Of a stretch of DNA of 64,000 nt, positions 1 through 11,605 are shown one piece after another (position 1 is the stretch's first letter; every line of letters starts with the position of its first letter). This DNA is from Basidiobolus meristosporus CBS 931.73. Taxonomy: Eukaryota; Fungi; Basidiobolomycota. The stretch is taken from contig MCFE01000148.1 of the NCBI GenBank assembly GCA_002104905.1, forward strand, positions 62,001-126,000, in the 5' to 3' direction. The translations under genes and the position numbers were made by a program. Under the pieces are notes generated by a model. That model did no database searches and had not been told where the DNA came from. It saw nothing but the letters and a program-made list of their open reading frames with translations.

Positions 1-719
1 ATATTGCTGAAGAGCAAGTGCATTGCTCCCAGTGGAAAGATTTTGCTCTAACATGCTACTTCTATCTTCAGTATCTCTGGCTTGTGATAATTCCATATTT
101 GGGCAAACTGCTTATAGCTTGCCAGCTTTGCTACAATTGAATGACAACTTTTATTTGTTTGCTGCATGAGTAGATGATGCTCTCAGTATTCTTCTTTAGA
201 TAATTACTGTGAGTGTGAGTTATACAATAAATCCCCTGCATTTCACACATTCAACAGCAATTCCCTTTATTGTGTCCCAAGAGGCAGGCATTGAGCTTAT
301 GGCTGCAGCATCTCCATGTAGATAACAATACGTGCCTTGATAAGATGTCCATTAGCAGCATTCTGCTGGAAAACCCACAATATTTGTCCAGTAATGGATA
401 CAGGGAGCTGTCCAAGATGGACAGTGATTTAGACCAAGATACAAATGAAACAACCAGCAGATTTTTGCTGTAGTACTGTAAGATTTGTAGCATTAGGGTT
501 AATAAGAATCAGTTACCAGCAGGAGTTGCTAGCAGATTACCTGTTCAGTGAGAATATATCAAGTGCCAAGGCAAAGGCATGGTCATATACCTCAATGTAG
601 TCTTAACTCAGAGTTGATTGTGATATTTGCCATAAAGATTTTACTGACAATGCATATGCTTGATTGATACTGAGTGTGATGCTGCATAGCTTCATCATAT
701 ATTCAATCACCTCCTACAT

Positions 720-1625
720 CTGTGTGTACTGATTGGCTGTTGCTCTCTTTTACACTCCTTACTTCCTGACTCAACCAATACTCTAACTTTCATGCATAAA
801 AGCTGATTTATTCTTATTGAAACATCAGTTATGCCTACATTGCCAATTCTATTAACCTATATTAGCCCTTATACACAACTCTAACAATAGGCCCAACCCC
901 TCATTCAACAAGTAACTCCATTGAGATCCAGTAGTCAATAACTATTTCTGCTGTGGTGCCCTTTTTCTGTAACAATGAAAGGAACCCCACAGCTTTATGC
1001 CACTGCTCATTGACTAGTTTGCTTATGTCCTGGTCTTCAGCCAGTACTGCAAGGTCTAGCACCGCATCTGCCAATCTTTGAAATAAGTCCATGCAATATT
1101 CAAGTATGTTTTCTTAACCACTGCTATTGAAGGAGGGCTGCAACCTCTTAATGTGCCTATTGATGCTACAAAATTACATGGTAAGCATTTTAATAGTCTT
1201 TTGACTTCTTGACTTTGGTGCCTTGTCTGTCAGTGGAGTCTCTAACATATTCCTCTTCTCTGCAAGCTCATCTACCTCACTTGAGTGTAGCTCATATTGC
1301 TGCCTTGCAACCTCCTGAGAAAATAGCTTCTATCTTGTTGGTAATTCTCCTTGGCTATGACAGGACTCCAATTGCTCTGAGTAGACAGTGATAACTTGCA
1401 AGAACTAAAGCTTTTACTCACACATCTGTGTCTCTAGCTTGGGTAGTCCATTTTCTCTTAACCCTTGCCTTTATCACTGCCAAGTCTTTCACTGCTACTT
1501 TGACTGAGTACCACCTGTACTGTACTCTGTTTTCTCCCCAATAAATGCATCATAGATGCATCTGTTTCTGCCTGCTTGTCCCTAGCCACCAATCTTCTGG
1601 CTACCTGACAGTTCCTTGCTGCTGT
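720..1625 (-). repeat. Unclassified dispersed repeat, inverted homologue of ~51645-52600
   Basis: Translations match between copies: DLFQRLADAVLDLAVLAEDQD vs DLLQRLADEVPDLAVPAEDQD; CQVARRLVARDKQAETD vs CQVARRVPARGKQAKTD; SDKGKG in both. DNA gagtcaggaagtaaggagtgt is shared. Confidence 0.7.
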
Positions 1626-1762
1626 TTTGGGGCTTTCAGCCTTGCTTGGGACAAGCTCTTGAAGAACCCACTGGTGTGTAGCTGGGAGACCCTTGTACTT
1701 CTGCCCTTCATTGATTCAGAGTTCATCTTCTAAGGCATTAGCAAGCTTTGGGTAGATCCTAC

Positions 1763-4700
1763 CTGGTATATATATTTGTGTCTGATAAGGATCTGCTTAT
1801 TCATTTGCTGACTAATGCTACTGATTTGATAGATACTGCTGATATACTGATAAGATAAACATATAACTAATTGATATGACTAAAAGCTGATCTAACTTAA
1901 ACATTCTAGCAGCAGATTGTTATATTCTCCCCTACTAGAGTTGAGAGGGTTCTCATGAATTGCTTTTCTTGTGATACCAATATCTTAATGGTTCAGTATT
2001 GTCAGCAAGTCTGGCAAGCTTGAGTCTGTCCCTATGCACTAAGTCTTCCCAGATATTGCCTTGTTTGTCCACTAGTTGGTAAGTTGCAAATGGACATTCT
2101 TGGATGATCTTGAATGGTCCTGTCCAATGTGGCTCAAACTTCTTTCAAATATTGTTTCTTAGCAATACAAAGTTCCCAACTGTCAATGCTTCTGGTGCTA
2201 TATTTTCATCAAATCTCTGCTTCAACTTTTCTGCACTTTGGGATACTGTGATCTGTGCCTCTTGACATCTTTGTTCCAGTTGCTGGTGTCTACTTGGCTG
2301 CCTGAGTTCATCTTCTAAGGTGTCTGTAAGTTTTGGTTGTGTGAGATCTCCTGGAATCCTTGGTTAACATCCAAACATAGAGTAAAATGGCAATTGTTAG
2401 GCTGTGTTGTGTACTCTGACTCTGCATGCAAAGAGTGCTTGGTCTATATACTCATCCCATCTACTGACAACTCCATTTGCATATTTGGTCAGCATTTTTC
2501 CAAATGATCCATTAAACCATTCAGTAACTCCATTAGTCCTGGGGTGATATACCAAGGTTTTCAAGTGTTTGATCTGCTGCATTTCCAGGTAAGCTTCCAA
2601 TATCTTTGCTATAAAGTTTGCACCTCTTCTGAATAGGATCGCTACTGGGCATCCAAACTTCATAACAATCTCATGGTAGATGAAACTTGCAACTTATTGT
2701 TCACTGGCTCTAGGTACAGCTTCAGCTACTGGCAATTTAGTGGCATGGTCAATTGCTACTAGGATCCAATGGTTGCATTTCCTGGTGGTTGGCAGTCTTC
2801 CACTAAAGTCAATTCCCCTCCTTTTGAATTGTCTTACAGGCTCCAAGGGAAAGAGTGCCACAATTCTCTGTAGTTGGCCTTGGTTGATTTGGCAATTTGG
2901 GCATGTTTTCACTAGCTTCTCAATGTCATTTTTCCTTTGGGGCCACCATGCTCTGGCTTTCACAAGGCTGTAGATTCCTTCAATTCCAAGATGTCCATAT
3001 TTATTGTGTAGCTTATGTATTAAATCCAGGCAAGAAACATGAGGGCAATAGGCAATGGGGCTTCCATCAACAATTTGGTAGAGTGTTTTATCCTCTACTA
3101 CAGATTTGCTGGCTTCATCCTGGATTATCTTCTTGATATCTTCATCCACCGCATCAGGAATGGCTTGGTCCTCCAAGTACTTTGGTAATTGGCTAGGCCA
3201 ATCTGATTCATGCACCAAGTTGAGTTATGCAACTTGCTCCAGCTTTGATGAGTACCCATGATTAAGTATTTGTAATGTCAATATCTGGTCCTGAATGCTG
3301 TCCTAGGGATGTCTCCTGGCTCTCACCTTAATCTGGTTATATCCTCACATGAGGTCAATCTTGCTGAAAATAGTGGCTCCATTGAGTTGTTCCAAAAGCT
3401 CATCAATCCAAGGTTTGGGGTACTTATTCTTCACTATAACTGAGTTGAGGGCTCTGTAGTCAATGCATATCCTAAATGTTCCATCCTTCTTTGTCACAAA
3501 AAGTACTGGTGCCCCTAAGGTGACTTGCTGGGTCTGATATATCCTTGCTCCAGTAACTGATCTATTTGTCTCTTCATCTCTTCCAACTCCAATGGACTCA
3601 TTCCGTAAGGTGCCTTACTCACTGGAGGGCTATCTCCTTTTTCAATGGCAAGATCCATGTCTTTGACAGGTGGTAGGTTTAAAAGCTCATCTGGAAATAT
3701 GTCTGAATATTCCTTCAAAAGAGTCTGGACCTTATGGGGTACTGAAGTAGAGGAATACTCCTGTAATACTGCCATGAGAAACATCTGGGTGCCTTTTCTT
3801 AGTGCTCTACACAACTGTATCTTGCTAAGTTCACTTGTTTCACACACACTGGAATTGACCAAGTTAAAATCCAGTCTGGCAGGTAATAGCTCATAGGTCT
3901 TGTTGTCCTTCTAGATCTGAGAAGCATGGGTTCTCCAGTTGATTGATAGATTACAACAAAATAGCCAGGTTTTCCCAAGTACAAGGTCAAACTTGCAGTT
4001 CCCAAATATATAGGCCTGTAGGTCTTCATCATAGTCATTGATCTTCATCCTTGCTGGCTGAGTAATACAGTTGATTATGTGAGAGTTCCCATCAGCTGTT
4101 GAGACTGAAGTTGGTTTGGTGGGTTCTGAGTTGATTCCAGCTTTCAAAGCAAATTGCTCTGACATGTACTCTTGCATTGCTCCTGAGTCAATCATGATCT
4201 TGGCAGGTACTCCATTGATTACTCCATTCACGTATAATAGCTTTCCTGAGTTTGAGGCCATCTGGGATATGTATTCTTCTGTTGTATGGAAGGTGAGTTC
4301 TGAGTCTTCTTCAAGCTCATCCACCATGTTACTATGCTCCAGGGCCTCAATATGGTTAAAGGTTCTCAATGGCCAGAGTCCATTTCTTCTCTGAGGGCAG
4401 TACTTTGCAATATGTCCCTGCTGGTGGCAATTGAAGCCAAGTCCGCTCTTCTTACATTCCTCTGAAGTTGGATTCCTCTGTATAGCATCTATTTCCATTG
4501 GCAATGCTTCTGATGGTTTTCTTTTATAGTGATTGTAGCCTCTGTGATTAGTCATTGTGGGCTTCCCAACTCCAAACATAGCTGAGTCATAGTCAATGGC
4601 AATCTTGATGGCTTCTTCAATAGTCTGAGGTCTTTGATAATTCACTTCCTTACATGTACTTTCTTTCAACCCATCAATAAAGTATTTGACTTGATCCAGA

Positions 4701-5418
4701 GGGCCCATTCTGTCAATTGGCCCAAGTAGATATCTATATTCAGAGATGTACTCTTGGATTATTCCTTTCTGTCTGAGTGTCTTCACCTTTCTTCTTAGTA
4801 GTGTCTGTTGGTGTGCGGGCTCAAAGGAGTCCTAAATTTCCAACACATACTTGTCCCAGGTAGAGATTGTAGAGCATCCCATCATGGTGGCTGATCTGAT
4901 CTTCTTGTGGTACTACTGTAAAGCTGCATCTACCAGGTAAGAGGCTGCAATTTGTAACATGCTTTCTGGAGTAATACCCTTAGCCTTGAAAGCTTCTACA
5001 ATCTGGAAGAGCCAAGTTCCCAGGTTTTCATTGACTCTACCATGGTACCAGTTGACCTTTACACTAAAGTTGCTCTTGACCAGGTTTTGCTGGCTTTGGG
5101 CCATGGTAGTCTTTGCTTGATGCTGCTGGGCCAGAATTTGTTTCATAGCATTCTTCAATTCTTGGTTTTTGGACATCTTGAGGAAGGCTTCTTCCTTCTT
5201 CAGGAGGGATGTTTCTGGTTATTGCTGCCACCATTGTTACAAGTCTTGGTACAAGAGTTGTAGAGCAATAGGGAGTTTAACTAGTATTATATTCACTAAA
5301 ACTTGAACTCATCTTTACTGAGGTTCAAGCAGCTCCTTATATATATTTTGCCAGATCAATTGCTGACTGATTGTATTTCCTAATGTATGCTGTGGCTGAT
5401 TACTCATATGATTGCATC
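1763..5418 (-). mobile_element. Ty3/Gypsy LTR retrotransposon family G1, decayed copy with internal RT/RNase H deletion
   Basis: Gag (4913-5176, 3911-4786), protease IDSGA, RT start, integrase (2397-3218, zinc-finger H..YGH / C..C). PPT ttctcccctact at ~1925. Partial 3' LTR 1763-1924. 5' LTR starts at 5235 and its other part lies at 8900-9059. Confidence 0.9.
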
Positions 5419-5975
5419 TGTTATGATCTGCTGCTTGAATATTTTAGTTAGATCAGTTTTTAGTCAAATCAATTAGTTATATGTTTATCTTATCAGAAAA
5501 TCAGTATTATCAATCAAATCAGTAGCATTAGTCAGCAAATGAATCAGCAGATCCTTATCAGACAGAAATAGATATATTCAGTAGGATCTTATTGGGTGAT
5601 GATGATGCAATCAGTTGAGTCATCAGTCACGGCCTACATTGGGAAATACAATTAGTCAGCAATTGATCTGGCAAAATGTGTACAAGGAGCAGCTAGAACC
5701 TCAACAAAGATCAGTACAGGTCCTGGTGAATACAATACTAGTTAAACTCCCTATTCCTCCACAACTCTTATACCAAGACTTGTAACATTGGTAGCAGCAG
5801 TAACAAGAAACATACCTCCTGAAGTCAGAAGAAGCCACCCTCAAGATGTCTGAAAATCAAGAATGGAAGAATGTTATGCAACAAATCCTGGCCCAGCAGC
5901 AACAAGGAATGACTACCATGGCCCAAAGCCAGCAAAACTCTGTCAAGAGCAACTTTGGTGTGAAGGTCAACCAGT
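5419..5975 (+). mobile_element. G1 5' LTR (5419-5787), PBS and gag start, truncated
   Basis: TGTTATGATC...TGTAACA, followed by TTGGTAGCAGCAG and the G1 gag 5' region. Confidence 0.85.
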
Positions 5976-6226
5976 GTGGTGGTGTATAAGTCCAAAGGGC
6001 AAAATACAGCCAACACTTCTCAAGTGTGAATGTGTGTGGGGTGTTCACTGGGTGCAATAACCTCTGGCAAAAGCTTGCTAGGAATACTGGGTCTTTTGTC
6101 TAATCTAATGTGAAGGGGGATAAAGCCTCAAGCTTGTCAAGGGAAAACTATTGAACTACAATCCCCAACTTAGTTGGTGTCTTAACAAAAGTTTATAATG
6201 GCTTTGATGTCCTTTGAGATGACAGT

Positions 6227-6977
6227 AGACTTGTTCCATCGTACCGTGCCAGGGTGCGCGGTGCGATCTGCAGTTGCAAAGAACGATCGGGCGCGATATT
6301 ATAGCTACCAGAAGGCAGGATCGTTCTTGGACAATTTTGCACCATGCGGGACAATCTCGCACACTATGGCACAATCTGACACGATGAGGTTGGCGCGGAT
6401 GATCGCGCCAACTTGTAATGCTTGCATCACGTGCGCAATCGGATACCGCTATAATGGCAGGTAAAATCCGGTATTTGGATATGTTTCTTTAATGTAAATG
6501 TAAATAAATGTGTATCACACTATAAACTACACTGATACTTACCATTTTGGTTACCCTCACTCCAATTGAACGGTATCTCAGTGGTTAATTGGTCCAAAAG
6601 TATCCTGAAGCTGGCAGCCCCCAATTGGCTCATTGACTACTGAAAAAGCTACCTGATTTGCCATCAAATATCCCATTTTGCCCATTGAGCAAGTAAATCC
6701 CTGATCCTAGTGATTGGGCAAGGTGTCATAGCTAGCACGCAAGCGATTGTGTAGGTGCAAAACAGATCCAATAGCTGCACTGGTATTACAGATGACGTAT
6801 ATATATGCAGGGTGTTTATTTATAGGGGTTCTGTCTCAAATGTGAGACGACCTTGATATTACTTATATCAAAAATTTGATGATCACTGATTTGCGATGGC
6901 TTGATTCGGATCGCAAAAAAAAAGGGTTGTCGGGATCATTACAAATGTGAGCGATTCAAAGCGATTGCATCATCTTC
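6227..6977. mobile_element. PHIS (PIF/Harbinger-type) transposon copy 1, left end only
   Basis: Starts with TIR AGACTTGTTCC after AGT; collinear with 29732-30480; joined to a G1 integrase at ~6977. Confidence 0.85.
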
Positions 6978-8899
6978 AGATATCAAGAAGATAATCCATG
7001 ATGAAGCCAGCAAATTTGTAATACAGGATGAAACACTCTACCAAATTGCTGATGGATGCCTTATTGCCTATTGCCCTTATGTTTCTTGCCTGGATTTAAT
7101 ACATAAGCTACACAATGGATATGGTCATCTTGGGATTGAAGGAATCTACAGCCTTGTGAAAGCCAGAGCATGGTGGCCCAGAATGAAAAATGACATTGAG
7201 AAGCTAGTGAAAACATGCCCAAATTGCCAATTCAACCAAGACCAACCACATAGAATTGCTGAGCTCTTTCCCTTGGAGCCTGTAAGACCATTTGAAGGAT
7301 GGGGAATTGACTTTTTTGGAAGACTGCCAGCTACTGGGAAATGCAACCATTGGATCCTAGTAGCAATTGACCATGCCACTAAATGGCCAGTGGCCAAAGC
7401 TGTACCTAGAGCCAGTGAACAAGAAGTTGCAAGTTTCATGTGCAATGAGATCCTTTTCAAGTTTGGATGCCCTGTAGAGATTCTATCTGATAGAGGTGCA
7501 AGCTCTATGGCAAAGACATTGGAAGCTTACCTGGAAATGCAGCATATCAAACACTTGAAAACCTCAGCATATCACCCCAGAACCAATAGAGTCACTGAAT
7601 GGTTTAATGGATTATTTGGGAAAATGCTGACCAAGTATGCAAATGCAGTTGTCAGAAGATGGGATGAGTATATAGAACAAGCACACTTTGTACGCAGAGT
7701 TAGAGTGCAAAACACCACCCAGCAATTGCCATTTTACTTGTTGTATGGATGTCAACCAAGGATTGCAGGAGATCTCACACAACCAAAGCTTGCAGACACC
7801 TTAGAAGATGAACTCAGGCAGCCAAGTACACACCAGCAACTGAAACAAAAATGTCAAGGGGCACAGACCAAAGTATCTTAAAGTGTAGAAAAGATGAAGC
7901 TGAGATTTGACAAGACTATAGCACCAGAAGCATTGACAGTTGGGAACTTTGTATTGCTAAGAAACAACACTTGGAAAAAGTTTGAGCCACATTGGACAGG
8001 ACCATTCAAGATCATCCAAGAATGTCCATTTGCAACTTACCAACTAGAGGACAAACAAGGCAATATCTGAGAAATCTTAGTGCATAGGGACAGACTCAAG
8101 CTTGCAAGACCTGCTGACAATACTCAACCATTAAGATATTAATATCACAAGAAAAGAGACTCAGGAGAACCCTCTCAACTTTAGTAGGGGAGAATGTTAT
8201 GATCTGCTGCTTGAATGTTTAAGTTAGATCAGTTTTTAGTCATATCAATTAGTATATGCTTAGGTTATCAGAATATCAGTATTATCTATCAAATCAGTAG
8301 CATTAGTCAGCAAATGAGCCCGCAGATCATAATCAGACAGAAATAGATATATGAGGTAGGATCTTATTGGGTGATGATGATGCAATCAAATGAGTCATCA
8401 ACCACAGCCTACATTAGGAAACACAATTAGTCAGCAATTGATATGGCAAATTTTATATAAGGAGCTACTGGAATCTCAATAAAAATCAGTTCAAGTTTTA
8501 GTGAATACTGTTGTAAAATTCGTAATTTCCATCTAAATATTCACCTAACTTAGTCACTTAGATCATTACCCTCAAATCCTAGAGAATACTGACCAAATTC
8601 CTTGTCGGGATTTACTTAGAATATTTACCCAGAACATGAAAATTCTCAAAGTTGTCCAAACAGCCCCAAACTTTGCACACATGTTCTTGGGACCTTCCTT
8701 AACCTATTCTACGTGTTTGTAATGCCAAGACCAGGTAAAAGTATAAATACCACTTTTACATTCAATAAATCATTAAGTGAAAACCACATAATCTACTTGT
8801 TCTCCCAATCACTTCCAATATCTCCAAGACTCTTACAACAAATACAATACTAGCTAAACTCCCTATTTCTCTACAACTCTTATACCAAGACTTGCAACA
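6978..8899 (+). mobile_element. G1 integrase, PPT and 3' LTR (8195-8899, interrupted by a solo LTR)
   Basis: ORF 6901-7881 has GHLG, CPNC, WGIDF, ILSDRG and YHPRTN; AGTAGGGGAGAA precedes TGTTATGATC. Confidence 0.9.
8509..8840 (+). repeat. Solo LTR of Copia family C2
   Basis: TGTTGT...ACAACA with 5-bp TSD AATAC (8504-8508 / 8841-8845); homologous to the LTR at ~56178. Confidence 0.9.
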
Positions 8900-9535
8900 A
8901 ATATATCTATTTCTGTCTGACAAGGATCTATTGATTCATTTGCTGACTAATGCTTCTGATTTGATAGATTATACTGATAAACTGATAGGCTAAACATATA
9001 ACTAATTGATTTGACTAAAAACTGATATAACTTAAACATTCAAGCAGTAGATCCTAACACAATAACTTAGCAGGCAAATGGTGCATGGTCTATAAACTGA
9101 ACCCATCTGCTGACAGTTCCATTTGTATAATTAGACAGCATTTTTCAAATAATTCATCAAACTGCTCAGTGACTCCAATTGTTCTAAGGTGATATGCCTG
9201 TTGCAATTTAAGAAGTGATTTGGTTATAAAGAACTTATCAAGAAATAGTGATAATAGTTGAACTGTTGTTTATTAGTAAAGAAGCTCAGTATTTATACCT
9301 TTGGAGATGTAATACAGCTGTAACACTAAGTAAGGAGGTTTATCAATATTCAGGAGCATTCTATAACAGTTTCAGGGTTGGTACATAATAGTTGGTAGTG
9401 GTGATAATATGAACCTGACTAGAGAGGAATAATCATAAGATCATAGATCTGAAGAAAGTGGCAAAGTTAGAGATGTAAATGAGTCCCACAGTGACCAAGA
9501 CTAGTCCAGATTTGTTAAGTAAACTTTTTTCTCAC

Positions 9536-10541
9536 ATGAAGCCAGATTTGTTAGTTCAAATACTGTGTGACAGCATTTGACAGAAAATTTATGATCATTC
9601 GGAAATTTTAATACACAACTTAATCAAAGCTTTAAACAAATCTCATAATGCTTTTATTAATGTGTATCATGCAAACTTCTCTCAAACACTCAGATGTGTT
9701 GCCAAATTAACAACCGGGAAAAATAAGGGACAACAATGTAAATATCAGGCAAAAGATCATAAACTTTGTGGACATCATTTACATCATCTTCATCAAACCG
9801 TTTTAGAAGACGACACTGCTTCTTGCACTAACAACAAACAAATATCTAAAACATTAGCTTTACCAAACAAATTATTTTTCAACAAGATACAACAAAAGTT
9901 TATGCTCAAGATGACAAGATTGTAACCAAAGAAAATTTGCCACAAGATGTTAAAGTTGCATCAGAAAAAACTCCAAAACAAAATACAAAAAAGGCTTTTG
10001 TTCAAGGTGTTAAAGTTGCTTCAGAAAAAACTCCAAAACAAAATACAAAAAAGACTTCTGTTCAAGATGTTAAAGTTGCATCAGATAATAAATCAAAAAC
10101 TAACATGTCAAACAATCAAAAGTCTGCTACACAAATCTTAAAGCAGCAACTACGTAATAATATTCCTTTTAACACCAGTTCTTTTAACACCAACCTTTTA
10201 ACCGACAAATCTTTTGATGAACAAATTTTAGGCAAAGAGTTTTTGGAAATGGATTCGTTAATAAACAAGAATTTGGCAAAGAAGTTTATGATAAAGATGC
10301 TACCAAGAAATTTGTTTATGAAGATGAGTTAAAAGCTGATCTTAAACAAGTTGTTGTAAAAGAAAATATATACGTTGCTACTCAAGATATGTTACCGGTT
10401 GACCATTTAGATATCATAACAAATGAGATTGGCGTATTAGTTGGGACTTCTAAAGGAGTTGTTCCGTTAGTTAAAGATTATATAATACCTTATATGTATA
10501 ATAGTTTGATAGATAAAGTAAAAAAGTATATGAAAGGTTAA
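9536..10541 (+). pseudogene. Virus-like hypothetical protein (~335 aa reconstructed) with C-x13-C-x9-C-x2-H motif and 20-aa repeats
   Basis: RCVAKLTTGKNKGQQCKYQAKDHKLCGHH. One in-frame TGA (9578) and two single-T losses in T runs rejoin ORFs 9662-9925, 9937-10332 and a C-terminal frame ending at TAA 10541. Confidence 0.6.
9946..10085 (+). repeat. Coding tandem repeat, 60-bp unit, ~2.3 copies
   Basis: Encodes DVKVASEKTPKQNTKK(AF/TS)VQ twice plus a partial third. Confidence 0.9.
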
Positions 10542-10657
10542 ACGTGTTAATAAGCTTTAATTTGTATATAATGTTGATGTTAATATTTGTAATAATGTAT
10601 ATTGTATTATTAATTTGTAAATTATTATTTTAACTTTTGAAAACTTTTTTTACAAAC

Positions 10658-10915
10658 TTAGTTTTTATATTGTAAATATAATCATTGGTTTGGATTAATA
10701 ACGTATTTAGTTCTTATACTGTAAATATAATTATTAGTCTGGGTTAATAGCATACTTAGTCCTTATATTGTAAACATAATTATTGGTCTGGATTAATAGC
10801 ATACTTAGTTCTTATATTGTAAATATAATTATTAGTCTGGATTAATAGCATATTTAGTTCCTATATTGTAAATATAATTATTAGTCTGGATTAATAGCAT
10901 ACTTAGTTCTTATAT
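10658..10915. repeat. Intergenic tandem array, 49-bp unit, ~5 copies
   Basis: Unit tggattaatagcatacttagttcttatattgtaaatataattattagtc starts at 10691, 10740, 10789, 10838 and 10887. Confidence 0.95.
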
Positions 10916-10984
10916 CTTTGATCCTTGTATTAAAAACTTTTATTAATATTTTCCCAACGTTTTAAAAAGTTTTTTTTCGGGTCT

Positions 10985-11500
10985 TTACATTGGCAAATAA
11001 AGCATTCCTGCCGATGTTACAATTCTGGGTTGTTTTCCATCATCACGTTCAACCATAATTATATCCCCAACCTTAAACCCATACCACTTGCAAATTATCT
11101 CCGTTGTTAATAATTTTGGTAAAGTATGTGGAAGAATGTGCGCTTGACTTAAAACTTTTAACTCTTCCTTAGTTGCCAATCTGTGAACAGGTACTAACGG
11201 ATTTGTTGTTGGGTCATCTAGAACCTCATCTAAAAAAAATATTTTATCGTAATAGTTTAGATCTAAGCTTAAATTAATTTTTTCGATGTTTTTTTGGTTC
11301 ATCGGTATACTCATAATAAGTAAAATAAAATGTTGGTCGGTACATTTGTTCAGGAATTGGAAAGTATCCAATAAATCTGTGTTAGTATTATAATAGATTT
11401 GTAAGATGTCACCATTTTTACTGTACGTTAAAGTAGATTCATCTTTTATATACCCTCTACAAAATAACATACTATCCAACATGTCATTGATATCTCTCAT
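10985..11500 (-). CDS. rpb5: RNA polymerase subunit Rpb5/RpoH-like, virus-like, 171 aa
   Basis: C-terminus LVPVHRLATKEEL...LPKL...ICKWYGFKVGDIIMVER matches the Rpb5 C-terminal domain pattern; ORF is open. Confidence 0.9.
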   Translation of the reverse strand: MRDINDMLDSMLFCRGYIKDESTLTYSKNGDILQIYYNTNTDLLDTFQFLNKCTDQHFILLIMSIPMNQKNIEKINLSLDLNYYDKIFFLDEVLDDPTTNPLVPVHRLATKEELKVLSQAHILPHTLPKLLTTEIICKWYGFKVGDIIMVERDDGKQPRIVTSAGMLYLPM

Positions 11501-11605
11501 TGCATATATCTTTAATACAAATAAACTTAAACTTTCTTTTGCATATATTTTTGGTACAAATAAACTTTCTTTTGCATATATTTTTTAAAAACATTCTTTT
11601 TATTA

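Noticed and set aside
6901-6977. Novel N-terminal extension on the 326-aa integrase ORF
   Set aside because: It comes from non-coding PHIS sequence fused to a G1 integrase by a deletion.
10930-10980. Hairpin (aaaaactttt..aaaagttttt) as a giant-virus 3'-end signal after Rpb5
   Set aside because: A ~10-bp A/T-only stem is expected by chance in such AT-rich DNA.
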